Source: an uncultured delta proteobacterium (lineage in GTDB: Bacteria > Desulfobacterota > Binatia > UBA9968). From it: a DNA stretch of 64,000 nucleotides. Of this stretch, positions 30,276 through 40,505 are shown piece after piece; the stretch's first letter is position 1, and every line of letters begins with the position of its first letter. A program made the position numbers and the translations under genes. Location of the stretch: assembly GCA_963737905.1 (NCBI GenBank), contig CAVTUQ010000019.1:128001-192000 (forward strand), in the 5' to 3' direction. The notes below the pieces were generated by a model. The model was given only the letters and a program-made list of their open reading frames with translations, had not been told where the DNA came from and made no database searches.

Positions 30276-30354
30276 GGGGAGCTAAATCACGGCGCGACTC
30301 TGATCGTGAACTTTTCCAAAAGATGCCGCTGTCGTCCGAACGTGCTATCCGACT

Positions 30355-31620
30355 TCAGAATCCTTGCGGCGGTTGACCGGTCATAACCCAGCTGGTTCTT
30401 CGCTCGCCGCGGCCGATCACCACAATCCCGCTTTCGGAGACAAAATAGCGTTGGCGGTCTTGTTCGATATTGTATCCAATTTCGGTTCCTGGAGGGATCA
30501 CGTTCGATTTGTCGATAATGGCTCGGCGAATTTTGCAACCCCGGCCGATTTCCGCCCAGTCCATAATCACGGAGCCTTCGATCTGGCTGTAACTATGAAT
30601 TCTGACATTGCGGCCGACGACGCAGTTCTTGACCGCACTGCCGCTAATGATGGTTCCTTGAGCGACAATGGAGTCCACGGCCATACCCTTGCGATCATAC
30701 CAGTCAAAGACGAACTTGGCCGGCGGGTCGCCAAAGTCCGTCGTTCGAAGCGGCCAGCCGCGATTATATAAATTGAACGAAGGATCCACGGAACACAGAT
30801 CCATGTTGGCTTCGTAGTAGGCTTCGATGGTTCCGATATCGCGCCAGTAACTCGGCTCTTCCCCTTTCTGCGTAGACGGAACGCGGTTTTTGCGAAAGTC
30901 GTAGGCGTAGACTGCTTTTTTATTGATCAGCGATGGAAGGATATCGCGGCCAAAGTCATGGTTGCTTGATTCTAGTTTTGCGTCCTGAATCATAGCCTCA
31001 ATCACGCTATCGGTATTAAAAAGGTAGTTGCCCATAGAGACCAGCACCGAATCAGGTTCGCCGGGAATAGGTTTCGGCAGGCCCGGTTTCTCGTCGAAGC
31101 CGACGATACGCCAATCGGGGTCGACTTCTATGACCCCAAACTGGCTCGCCTCTTCGATTTTCACCGGCAACGCCGCGACGGTGACATCGGCGCCTTTTTT
31201 TTGGTGCTCGTCAATCATCTGGCGAATGTTCATTCGGTAGATATGGTCCGCGCCGAAGACAGCCACGAGCCGGGGTCTGTGTCGCTCAATCAAATACAAG
31301 TTCTGATAAACAGAGTCGGCGGTACCCTGATACCAATCCTTGCCCATGCGCATCTGGGCCGGAACCGGCGTGATGAAGTGATCTCCCAAGAAATCAGTGG
31401 TTCGCCAGCCCTTTTCCAGATGCTCCAATAACGATTGCGCTTTGAATTGTGTCAGAACGTAGATCGAAAGGATGCCGGAATTCACGAAATTGGAAAGGAC
31501 GAAATCGACAATTCTGTACCGGCCTCCGAACGGTACTGCGGGCTTCGCTCGGTGTGCCGTCAAGGGATAGAGACGCTCGCCCCTACCGCCCGCGAGGACA
31601 ATTCCCAAGACATACATCAT
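30355..31620 (-). CDS. glgC: Glucose-1-phosphate adenylyltransferase
   Basis: LAGGRGERL.PLT..RAKPAVPFGG, WYQGTAD, DHIY, EKP, SMGNY, DFG and YWRDIGT. Confidence 0.96.
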   Translation of the reverse strand: MMYVLGIVLAGGRGERLYPLTAHRAKPAVPFGGRYRIVDFVLSNFVNSGILSIYVLTQFKAQSLLEHLEKGWRTTDFLGDHFITPVPAQMRMGKDWYQGTADSVYQNLYLIERHRPRLVAVFGADHIYRMNIRQMIDEHQKKGADVTVAALPVKIEEASQFGVIEVDPDWRIVGFDEKPGLPKPIPGEPDSVLVSMGNYLFNTDSVIEAMIQDAKLESSNHDFGRDILPSLINKKAVYAYDFRKNRVPSTQKGEEPSYWRDIGTIEAYYEANMDLCSVDPSFNLYNRGWPLRTTDFGDPPAKFVFDWYDRKGMAVDSIVAQGTIISGSAVKNCVVGRNVRIHSYSQIEGSVIMDWAEIGRGCKIRRAIIDKSNVIPPGTEIGYNIEQDRQRYFVSESGIVVIGRGERRTSWVMTGQPPQGF

Positions 31621-31641
31621 TGCACCTCTACTGTTACCTCC

Positions 31642-33081
31642 TCAATGTAAAAGCTTCTCGTATAGGTTGCTGTACGCTTGAGCTGAGCGAGCCCATGAAA
31701 AGTCCATGCGCATCGCTCGATGGATCAGCGCGGTCCAGGACCGCTTCTCGGTGAAAACCTGTAATGCCCTTTCAATGCTTTCCCATAGCGCGGGCGGCTC
31801 GTATCTGTCAAAAACAAAACCGGTACCCTTGCCGGGCTCGGCGTCATAGTCGATCACCGTATCTTTTAGCCCGCCGATTGCCCGGACGATCGGCATTGTA
31901 CCATACTTCAAGCTGAACATCTGGTTGAGGCCGCAGGGTTCGTACAGGGACGGCATCAGAAAAATGTCCGCGCCCGCTTCGATGCGATGGGCTAAGGCCT
32001 CATCGAAACCCGTCCGCACGGCAAATTTTTCGGGAAAGCGGGCGGCGGCGGTGGTAAAAAAATCTTCATACCGCAATTCGCCGCTCCCCAATAGGACCAG
32101 TTGAAGCTCACGCTCCATTATCTGATCAAAAATGTTCTGAACGAGGTCAAACCCTTTCTGGGACGTTAAACGAGAAATCATGCCGAACACCGGCACTGCG
32201 GACTTGACGGGGAGACCCAAGCTCCCCTGCAGTTTATCCTTGCAGACGCGTTTTCCTGTAAGATCGTTCTCGCTATACCGTCTGGCGATAAAGGGGTCGA
32301 TTTCCGGGTTCCATTCGCTGTAGTCTACGCCATTGAGAATTCCCGTCACATCGGCCGCTCGCTGCTGCAGTACCCCCTGCAAGCCGAAGCCCTGTTCCGC
32401 ACTCATGATCTCCTGCGCGTAAGTCGGGCTCACGGTAGTGATTTTATCGGCACAGAGGAGGGCACCCTTGAGAAAATTGATGTTCCCGTAAAACTCCAAG
32501 TACTGCGGGCTGAAATAGCTGAGATCAAGGTTTAGAAATGGCCAGTTCGACTCGCGAAAAATTCCCTGGAAGCCAAGATTGTGCGCGGTGAGAACGGTGC
32601 GGGCCGATGCGACTTCAGGGTAGCGAGAGCCCTGGGTTTTCAAAAAGACAATACCCAGCGCTGCCTGCCAGTCGTGGCAATGGACGATCTCGGCAGGATG
32701 CCTGCGGAGGATTTCTAACGCGGCCCGGCAAAAAAAGGCGAACCGTTCCGCGTTATCGGGATAATCGCCATAGGGTGTCCCGTATAGAAAGTCGCGGTCA
32801 AAGTAACGGTCAGCGCGCACCAGGTATACGGACACGTTCTGGCCCAGCCGGGCCTCGAAAACCGACGTTTTTTCTGTGGATGCCCCCAAGGGAACAGCCA
32901 ATTGCATCCCCGTCTCTTCCAGTGCAAAGGGCCCGTTGAGAACGCAGCGATAGGCCGGCATGATTAAAGAGATCTCATGGCCGCGTTTCTCCAGCGCGAT
33001 GGAAAGCGTTCCGAGGACATCAGCCAAGCCGCCTGTTTTGGCGAAGGGGGCAATCTCGGAAGACAGCATCGCGATTTTCAT
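31642..33081 (-). CDS. glgA: Glycogen synthase (GT5)
   Basis: KTGGLADV, HCHDWQ, TVSPTYA, GILNG and PSLYEPCGLNQ. Confidence 0.96.
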   Translation of the reverse strand: MKIAMLSSEIAPFAKTGGLADVLGTLSIALEKRGHEISLIMPAYRCVLNGPFALEETGMQLAVPLGASTEKTSVFEARLGQNVSVYLVRADRYFDRDFLYGTPYGDYPDNAERFAFFCRAALEILRRHPAEIVHCHDWQAALGIVFLKTQGSRYPEVASARTVLTAHNLGFQGIFRESNWPFLNLDLSYFSPQYLEFYGNINFLKGALLCADKITTVSPTYAQEIMSAEQGFGLQGVLQQRAADVTGILNGVDYSEWNPEIDPFIARRYSENDLTGKRVCKDKLQGSLGLPVKSAVPVFGMISRLTSQKGFDLVQNIFDQIMERELQLVLLGSGELRYEDFFTTAAARFPEKFAVRTGFDEALAHRIEAGADIFLMPSLYEPCGLNQMFSLKYGTMPIVRAIGGLKDTVIDYDAEPGKGTGFVFDRYEPPALWESIERALQVFTEKRSWTALIHRAMRMDFSWARSAQAYSNLYEKLLH

Positions 33082-33124
33082 GACGGCTCAGCGGCAAGTG
33101 CTCAGACTACCGAAATCCTCATCT

Positions 33125-35035
33125 TTATCCTTGGTTCTTAAAGAAACAAACCGACAGCGGCGGCAATGTAATCGTGAGGGAACAGGAACGACCATGGAGC
33201 GGTACAGGAACCGTCTCTACGCCGCCGAGATTTCCCATGTTGCTGCCACCGTATTCGCTTGCGTCGCTGTTCAGGATCTCCTGCCAGAACCCACTGCGCG
33301 GGGAGCCGAGCCGGTAGCTGTAACGCGGTACGGGCGTAAAGTTGCAGACCACCAGAATAATGGCGGAGGTCGATTTGCCTTTGCGGATCAGGCTAACCGT
33401 ACTGGCATCCTTATCGTCGCAGTCGATCCATTCGAAGCCTGCCGGCTCGCAATCCATTTCGTGTAACGCCGGTTCGCTGCGATAGAGTCGATTTAGATCT
33501 TGCACCCATTTTTGCAGTCCGGCGTGGGGCGCATCGTTCAAAAGATACCAGTCCAAGCTCGAATCGTGAACCCATTCGCGCCACTGCCCGAACTCGCCTC
33601 CCATGAAAAGCATTTTTTTACCGGGTTGCGCGTACATGTAGCCAAACAATGCTCGCAGATTGGCAAACTTCTGCCAATCGTCACCTGGCATTTTCCTTAT
33701 CAGAGAGCCTTTACCGTAAACAACCTCGTCGTGGGAAAGCGGCAGAACGAAGTTTTCGTGAAACGCATAAAGCATACGAAACGTCAGCTTGTCGTGGTGG
33801 TAGCGCCGAAAGACCGGATCTTTGCTCATGTATTGGAGCGTGTCATGCATCCAGCCCATGTCCCATTTGAAACCGAAACCCAGGCCGCCTACGTAGTTAG
33901 GCCTTGACACCATCGGCCACGAGGTGGATTCCTCAGCGATGGTTTGAGCATCCGGATGGTTTTTATACACCTCTTCGTTCAACCGTCGCAGGAAATTAAT
34001 TGCTTCGATGTTTTCCCGCCCGCCATATTGGTTTGGAATCCACTCACCCTCTTTGCGGGCATAGTCCAGATAAAGCATTGAGGCAACCGCGTCGACGCGG
34101 AACCCGTCTACATGGTAACAGTCGAGCCAGAAGAGCGCGTTGCTGATGAGAAAACTTTGAACCTCCTTACGGCCGTAATTGAAGATGTAACTCTTCCATT
34201 CGGGATGATAGCCCTGGCGCGGATCGGCATGTTCGTAAAGATGGGTTCCGTCGAAGAATGCCAAACCGTGCTCATCAGCGGGAAAATGTGACGGCACCCA
34301 GTCGAGGATCACGCCAATGCCGTGTTGATGCAAAGTATCGACGAGATACATAAGATCCTGCGGCGTGCCATAATTTCCGGAGGGAGCGAAATAGCCGGTT
34401 GTCTGATAGCCCCAGGAGCCGAAGAATGGATGATCCATAACAGGTAGAAACTCCACGTGGGTGTATTCCATCCTTTGGAGATATTCCGCCAGCTGCGGCG
34501 CTAACTCGCGATAGGACAACGAGCGATTACCCTCTTCAGCCACACGTCGCCAGGAACCGATATGCATTTCGTAAATCGCCATCGGCTTACCCAGGCCGCT
34601 CCGTTGCCGGCGGCTTGTCATCCAATTCTGATCGCCCCACGGATAATCGAGATTCCACACAATGGACGCCGTCTTTGGCGGTATCTCATTGAAGATCGAA
34701 AACGGGTCCGTTTTGTCTACTCGATAGTCGTTGAAGCGAGAAAGGATGTGATACTTGTAGAGTGTCCCGTTACCGATCCCGGGGAAAAACCCTTCCCAGA
34801 TACCCGACTGGCCCTTGGGGTGGAGAGGATCGCTGCTCTTATTCCAGCCGTTGAAATCACCCATGACAAATACCTGCGCGGCATTGGGCGCCCAGACGGC
34901 GAATTGGGTGCCGCTGGCGCCTTGGTGGTTGACGACGTGCGCGCCGAGTTTGTCGTGGAGTCGAAAATGGCTGCCCTCGTTAAACAAGTAGAGATCCTGA
35001 TCGGTCAGGAGACTGACGATTTCATGGCTCCCCAT
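33125..35035 (-). CDS. glgB: 1,4-alpha-glucan branching enzyme (GH13)
   Basis: FAVWAPNA, SWGYQ, DWVPSHF, RVDAVASM, AEEST and LSHDEVV. Confidence 0.96.
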   Translation of the reverse strand: MGSHEIVSLLTDQDLYLFNEGSHFRLHDKLGAHVVNHQGASGTQFAVWAPNAAQVFVMGDFNGWNKSSDPLHPKGQSGIWEGFFPGIGNGTLYKYHILSRFNDYRVDKTDPFSIFNEIPPKTASIVWNLDYPWGDQNWMTSRRQRSGLGKPMAIYEMHIGSWRRVAEEGNRSLSYRELAPQLAEYLQRMEYTHVEFLPVMDHPFFGSWGYQTTGYFAPSGNYGTPQDLMYLVDTLHQHGIGVILDWVPSHFPADEHGLAFFDGTHLYEHADPRQGYHPEWKSYIFNYGRKEVQSFLISNALFWLDCYHVDGFRVDAVASMLYLDYARKEGEWIPNQYGGRENIEAINFLRRLNEEVYKNHPDAQTIAEESTSWPMVSRPNYVGGLGFGFKWDMGWMHDTLQYMSKDPVFRRYHHDKLTFRMLYAFHENFVLPLSHDEVVYGKGSLIRKMPGDDWQKFANLRALFGYMYAQPGKKMLFMGGEFGQWREWVHDSSLDWYLLNDAPHAGLQKWVQDLNRLYRSEPALHEMDCEPAGFEWIDCDDKDASTVSLIRKGKSTSAIILVVCNFTPVPRYSYRLGSPRSGFWQEILNSDASEYGGSNMGNLGGVETVPVPLHGRSCSLTITLPPLSVCFFKNQG

Positions 35036-35297
35036 AGATCTAAATTACCTTCTTTCTTTAGTTTTCCAGGTATGGCGGAGCGACTTTTGGATATCCGCCG
35101 CAAAAGTTTGTGATAAATTCTTAAAACGAAAATGCCGCGTTGCGATTGCTGCTTAATCCGAGCTCTACAAAAATTCTGACATGTGGAGGCGAGTTTGTCT
35201 ATCGGGGGACTCTCGGCAGAGAACCCAAATTCTTGGCCGGAAGCGATCCGGTTTTTAAGATAATAACGTTCTTCCGGTGAACATTTGTGACGAGCCC

Positions 35298-36981
35298 TCA
35301 GTGTTGATCGGGGTCTCTGTTATCGGCATCCTCTTGCTCGGAAGGCAAATAAATGTTGAAGAGGGTCCCTTTGCCCGGCTCACTTTCGACTTCGATCCGT
35401 CCGTTGTGATTCTTAACGATCCTTTGACAGATGGGAAGACCGAGGCCCATACCGCGTCTTTTCTTTGCCGTAAAAAAGGGCTGAAAGATTTTCGGCAGGT
35501 CTGTCTTTTCGATGCCAAACCCCGTATCCGCCACCGTTATCACCGCTATGGGCCCCCTGCTATCAGATCGCGTTGTTTTTGCTTCCACTACGAGCTTGCC
35601 GCCTTCCGGCATTGCGTCGATGGCGTTCAGGTAGAGGTTGACCAAAACCTGCTCCAGCTGCTGGGAATCGGCTTGAATTCGAGGCAGATCCGGATCCAGT
35701 CTTTTTTCCACGGTGATTTTCTGTTTGTAGAGACGGTTTTCCACCAACTGAAGGGTTTTCTCAATTGCATCTGTTATCGAGGTCGAGCAAAACTCTGTAC
35801 TTCTGGGGCGGGCGTATTCCATAAGGTCTTTTACGATCTGCCTGCACCGCTTCGATTCCTCGTCGATGATTTGCAAAGCGCGATAGTTGGGATCGGCGGG
35901 GTTTATGCCGCTCAACATGTCTTCCACGAACCCCATGATGATTCCGAGGGGATTATTGAACTCGTGGGCCATGGAAGCCGTCACCTCGCCGAGGGAAACC
36001 AATCGCCCCGACATGATCAGTTGTTGCTCCAGTTCCTGAGCCTGCTGGCGCAGCTTCTGTTCACTCTGGCGCAATGCATCCTCTATCTGCTTGCGCCGGC
36101 TGATATCCCGGGCGATCTTGGACGCGCCGACGATATTCCCTTTGGCGTCTCGAATGGGCGACACGGTGAGAGAGATATCAAACCGACGGCCGTCCTTACG
36201 CCGGCGAATCGTCTCATAGTGTTCGATGCGCTCGCCCCGCCTAATGCGCTCAAGAATTCCTGGCTCTTCATCGTGGCGCTCCGGAGGAATTAAAAGGGTG
36301 ATGGGCTTTCCAATCACCTCTTCAGCCACGTACCCAAAGAGCCGCTCCGCGGCTTGGTTCCAACTGGTAATGATTCCGTTGAGGTCTTTGCTAATGATCG
36401 CGTCTTCTGAAGACTCGACGATGGCGGCCAGCCGCCGGCTGGCTTGTTCCGCCTGCCTTAGATCCGTGATGTCTGCAAAGATGTTGATCGCGCCCACAAT
36501 TTCGCCGGCGGCGTTGGTGATCGGGTCGATGTTGACCAGCGCGGTAATACGGGAGCCGTCCGGGCGCTCGATAACGACCTCTTGATTTCGAATAGGAGCA
36601 GCTCCGCTTAGGACTTGAGCCATCGGAGTTTCTGCGTGGGGCAGGCGCTTCCCATCAGTCCGAAAAAGCCGAAAGGCGCCACAGAAACGCTCATCGTGTT
36701 TCCCCGATGACAGGCGCACGTCCCCAAAGCTCCGAGGCTCGGCGGTTGTAATAGTTGATGATTCCGGAAGGGGTCTCGCAGATATATACTCCCGCCGGAA
36801 GCAATTCCATAAGACGGAGCGCGAGAGATGAGTTGGGTGACTCAAACAGACGACAAAACTCGGACGCAAAGACGCCGCTCTGTTGGTCAACGGTCTGCTC
36901 ATGGTTTTCTCGAACCATGGTAGAGTGCTGCGCCCGCAAGCGGTCCATGGTGGGTCGATTTGGCGGCGGCTTATCACTCAT
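35298..36981 (-). CDS. PAS-PAS sensor histidine kinase (NtrB-like), +1 frameshift at about 36697
   Basis: The N-terminal PAS lies in ORF 36691-36981 (LPAGVYICE...YYNRRASELWGR) and continues as DERFCG in the 35298 frame. H-box AHEFNNPL, N-box NLYLNAIDA, DTGFG and GMGLGL. Confidence 0.85.
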
Positions 36982-37148
36982 CTGGGCACTCGCCTAACCC
37001 TATTATGGACCGGACGTAAGTCCCCGGGAAAGCTAAAAAGCTCGGCATTTTTAGTTTGCCTCTCGACCCAACGGAAAATAGAGCTCGAAGGTCATACCCT
37101 AACGGACGACTGCTGAACACAAGAAATTTTTTGATACGCTCGGATTTT

Positions 37149-37511
37149 TCAATGGGACAGTAAGCCATCGACGGTGGTCTTAAGTTCTTGGATATCCACG
37201 GGCTTGGTTAGGTAGGTGGAAGCCCCTTTTTTTATGCATTCGTTGCGAGTGTCAATGGTCGGATAGGCCGTGATCATTATCACTTCGATTGCAGGACGGC
37301 GGCTTTTAATCTCGCCTAGAAGCACGACGCCATCTATGGGAAACATCTTGATATCGAGAATAGCTAGCTGGAAAACCCGGGTCTCCAGTAAGGCGAGTGC
37401 GTCGTAGCTGTTTTTAGCGGTTATTACTTGATAACCCTGTTTGCTAAGAATTCTTTCGAGGAGCAATAAGAGATTCTCTTCGTCGTCAACGATCAATATG
37501 TTTTTCTGCAA
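37149..37511 (-). CDS. Stand-alone response regulator receiver domain
   Basis: ILIVDDE, LDIKM, ITAY and YLTKP; GGAGGGGAGAGG upstream. Confidence 0.9.
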   Translation of the reverse strand: MQKNILIVDDEENLLLLLERILSKQGYQVITAKNSYDALALLETRVFQLAILDIKMFPIDGVVLLGEIKSRRPAIEVIMITAYPTIDTRNECIKKGASTYLTKPVDIQELKTTVDGLLSH

Positions 37512-37601
37512 AAACCCTCTCCCCTCCGAGCCTCGTAGTAAACGCCTTTCGGTGGCTCAGGCTCACTTTCCGCAACATCATTTCAATCTAGTGATGAGAA
37601 C

Positions 37602-37618
37602 AGCAATCTAAATGCCAG
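37602..37618 (-). promoter_or_regulatory. Sigma54 promoter of the receiver/kinase pair
   Basis: The minus strand reads CTGGCATTTAGATTGCT (TGGCA-N6-TTGCT). Confidence 0.7.
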
Positions 37619-37803
37619 GTAAAAAAGGGATTTCGCAGTATGAGATCGCCCCTTGGTGGGCCCAAATTGGGTCTGTGGACCGGTAAAATGGGAGAAATCG
37701 ATGTGGTTCTATGGTTAATTTAGCAAGCCAGCTCAGAACGAGACAAGCCGTGTGAGTAAAAGGCACACTCACTCTATGAAAAAAACCTACAATCACGAAG
37801 ATA

Positions 37804-38490
37804 TCATTTTACTTGGCGCAAGGCTGCGATTCTATCTTGGGTTGCCGGATGAGTTGACAGGAATCCGCCGCCGTTTGCTTGAGAGGATTGCATAACCCAG
37901 GAAAGCGCGTCGATCATGACGTCTTTAGAGTAGCCGGCCCGCTGCAAAATTTCCACGCCATGCCGATCTGCTTCCAACTCTTCTGATCGGCTGTAAGCGC
38001 GTGCGACCAGTGTGCCCGCAATAGGGGTGATGGCGCTACTGCCGGGAATGATTTGCTCGAGCAATATAACGCCTAGACTCAATCCGGTTCCTAGCACTTG
38101 GGCGCGGGCCACATGCCCAAGATCGTCATGGGCTATTTCGTGGGCCAATATTCCTCTCAGTTGCTCATCGTTTGCCTTCTGAAGAAGACCCGTTGTGACG
38201 TAAAACTCGCCGCCGCCCGCGTTGGCGGCGTTTATATCAGGCTCTTCCACGACACCAACGCGGACCTCTTTTAGCGACCGAGTTTTATCGCCCGCACGTA
38301 GCAAAGGCACCATGATCCGCTGAAGTCGTGCCGCTTGACTGGGATCGAGCGGTTTGACGTTCGGCGTGCGAGCTTCCTGTGGCGACGGACGCGGCGGCCC
38401 GGACGTAGTTTCCACTGTACAACCGACCGCAAACGCGAGAAACAAGACCCACACCGAAGCGGCAGATAGAATCTTTTTATCTCGTGTCAT
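37804..38490 (-). CDS. M48 family Zn metallopeptidase lipoprotein
   Basis: Lipobox AVGC, INA, LAHEIAH, E.EAD and STHP. Start MTRDKK at 38490. Confidence 0.9.
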   Translation of the reverse strand: MTRDKKILSAASVWVLFLAFAVGCTVETTSGPPRPSPQEARTPNVKPLDPSQAARLQRIMVPLLRAGDKTRSLKEVRVGVVEEPDINAANAGGGEFYVTTGLLQKANDEQLRGILAHEIAHDDLGHVARAQVLGTGLSLGVILLEQIIPGSSAITPIAGTLVARAYSRSEELEADRHGVEILQRAGYSKDVMIDALSWVMQSSQANGGGFLSTHPATQDRIAALRQVK

Positions 38491-38498
38491 CTTTTCGG

Positions 38499-39134
38499 TC
38501 AGACGGCCCGAGCCTGTTGAGATTTCTGCGCTGCGGGTCCTGCCATGCGCTGTTCCACTGCGTTCCAATCGATATTGGAGAAAAACGCCTCTATATATTT
38601 TGGCCTTTCAGCCGGCTTATAGTCCAAAATAAACGCGTGTTCCCATACGTCCATGACTAGCACCGGCGTGTAGCCTGCAACATTGCCGATCTCGTGCAAC
38701 GTGATCCAATGATTGGATAGACGGCCGGTCGTGGGATCCTGATAGCAGATCGCCCACCCGACGCCGCGCATTTTGCCGATGCCGACGAAGTCTGTTTTCC
38801 AAATGTCGTATGTGCTGAAACTCTCCTCGGTCGCTTTGACGAAAACAGAGCCTTTCTTGGGATCGCCGCCGCCCTCTTTTTTGAGGTTGCCAAAATAGTA
38901 TTCATGCAACACCATGCCGTTATACTCAAAACCGAGGCGTCGTTTTAATTCCGAATAGGCCGGCATCTCCTCTTGATCGACCTTGCCATCTTTTAGGATG
39001 GCAGAGATTTTTTCCTGAAGGAGGTTGGTCTCTTTGACGTAGCCTTCATAAAGCTTGAAATGCATCTCCAGAGTTTGGTCCGAAATGCCATTTAGCCCGC
39101 TCAACTTAAATTTTTTGGCTTGATAAGAGTTCAT
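38499..39134 (-). CDS. sod: Fe/Mn superoxide dismutase family (divergent, ChrC-like)
   Basis: MHFKLYEGYV, NGMVLHEYYF and DVWEHAF...YIEAFFSNIDW. Confidence 0.88.
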   Translation of the reverse strand: MNSYQAKKFKLSGLNGISDQTLEMHFKLYEGYVKETNLLQEKISAILKDGKVDQEEMPAYSELKRRLGFEYNGMVLHEYYFGNLKKEGGGDPKKGSVFVKATEESFSTYDIWKTDFVGIGKMRGVGWAICYQDPTTGRLSNHWITLHEIGNVAGYTPVLVMDVWEHAFILDYKPAERPKYIEAFFSNIDWNAVEQRMAGPAAQKSQQARAV

Positions 39135-39194
39135 GCTGAAAGTCCTTCCCTTTTTTTTAAACTTCCCTTCTTGTTAATAGCGCGAAATGACTCG

Positions 39195-39347
39195 TCATAC
39201 GCGACCCATAACGAGCAGTAGGATCAATACGAGTAAAATAAGCCCCAGACCACCGCTCGGGTAATAACCCCAGCCCGAGCTATAGGGCCATGTCGGCAAT
39301 GCTCCGACCAGAAGCAAAACGAGGATGATCAACAAGATTGTTCCCAT
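39195..39347 (-). CDS. DUF3309 family small membrane protein
   Basis: MGTILLIILVLLLVGALPTWPYSSGWGYYPSGGLG...; AAGGAGG RBS. Confidence 0.9.
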   Translation of the reverse strand: MGTILLIILVLLLVGALPTWPYSSGWGYYPSGGLGLILLVLILLLVMGRV

Positions 39348-39471
39348 AAGACCTCCTTTCCATATCTCGTCCCCATGATTTTTATTTTGGACTCGCGATA
39401 ACGTGAGCACACCTCGGGCCTTCTCCACGAACTCTCCGCCTCCGCTCCCCCGGGCGGGAGAAGTCCGATGA

Positions 39472-39708
39472 TTAAATGGCTCTTGTTTTCCGGGCGGCTT
39501 CCGCATCCGTCTCCTGGCGTTCGAACCATTGGTCCGCCCAGCGGCTTACCTCTTGTTTTTTGTCGCCGTAACGGGCTTGCAAAGTTCCCTGGAACTTTTG
39601 ATAGTCGCCTTCGATCTGCAGCAAATCGTCATCGGTAAATTGTCCCCATTGCTTTTTTAGCTCGCCTTTAAATTGAGTCCACCTACCCTTAAATTGATCT
39701 TTGTTCAT
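39472..39708 (-). CDS. csbD: CsbD/YjbJ family general stress protein
   Basis: MNKDQFKGRWTQFKGELKKQWGQFTDDDL...G.LQ.RYG; AAGGAG RBS. Confidence 0.9.
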   Translation of the reverse strand: MNKDQFKGRWTQFKGELKKQWGQFTDDDLLQIEGDYQKFQGTLQARYGDKKQEVSRWADQWFERQETDAEAARKTRAI

Positions 39709-39773
39709 AACGGCTCCTTTCTGGTTTTGTCGTCGTGTTTTTGTTTTTTTCTACGTCTTGTGATCTCAGATTA

Positions 39774-39790
39774 CCCAAAGCATGTGCCAA
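39774..39790 (-). promoter_or_regulatory. Sigma54-like promoter of csbD (variant -12)
   Basis: The minus strand reads TTGGCACATGCTTTGGG: a perfect -24 box, with GG instead of GC at -12. Confidence 0.5.
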
Positions 39791-40505
39791 CCGAGCGAAG
39801 GAGGGGATCGCTGTTGTTTTGTAAAGATTTATTTCGTGCTGGATCGTGAGCGATCCATCTTTGTCCGAGCTTCGCGCACAAGGTGGAAGAAAAAAACAGA
39901 CGCTAGCGTTGGATGCTCTAAACACAACTATCGCGATGCGAGCGATGTCTATTGAGTAAGTGGATTGTCAGAAACCGGACGGAAGTTTTTCTGTGTGCTC
40001 CAGAAAGATGTTGAATAAACGGAATCCATGAAAAGTTCGTTGAGAGGAAGTTTTCGTTGTTGATGATTTCGCCTTGTGCATGATTTTTGCTGTTGTCACA
40101 GATTGCCTCCTTTTTGAATTCCTGTGCGATGAGGCGATGGTGGTTTTTGTCGCCGAAAATTCAGCTGTAGATTAGAACTTTAGGGCCGCTTCTCTCTTTT
40201 TACGGGCCGCGAAGAAATAAAAGGCCGGTATTTGGCGACCTTAGAGAATAGGTTCATCAGCGGCTTAGGTTTTAAGACAAACCCATGGTATGAGAGTGGT
40301 CCGGTTTATTGTGCGCATTTTAGATACAAAATAAGTATGATATCTAGGACAGCCACGTTGGGGAGCATTACGGTAGTGGCTAAAAATTGGGAATATTGAA
40401 AGAGGAGACCGATTTCGTTAGAGCGTATTGAAGTAGGCTCATTAGAGGTGAATAGATAGTCTATCCGACGAGCGGCTAACCCATGGCCGCAAGAGAGAAA
40501 AGCCA

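Noticed and set aside
35277-36293. 338-aa plus-strand ORF
   Set aside because: Antisense shadow of the histidine kinase.
36698-36977. N-terminus of the 559-aa kinase ORF as given in the track
   Set aside because: It is out of frame. The real PAS sequence is in the 36691-36981 frame upstream of the frameshift.
40076-40091. Plus-strand sigma54-like box GTGCATGATTTTTGCT
   Set aside because: It lacks the near-invariant -24 GG.
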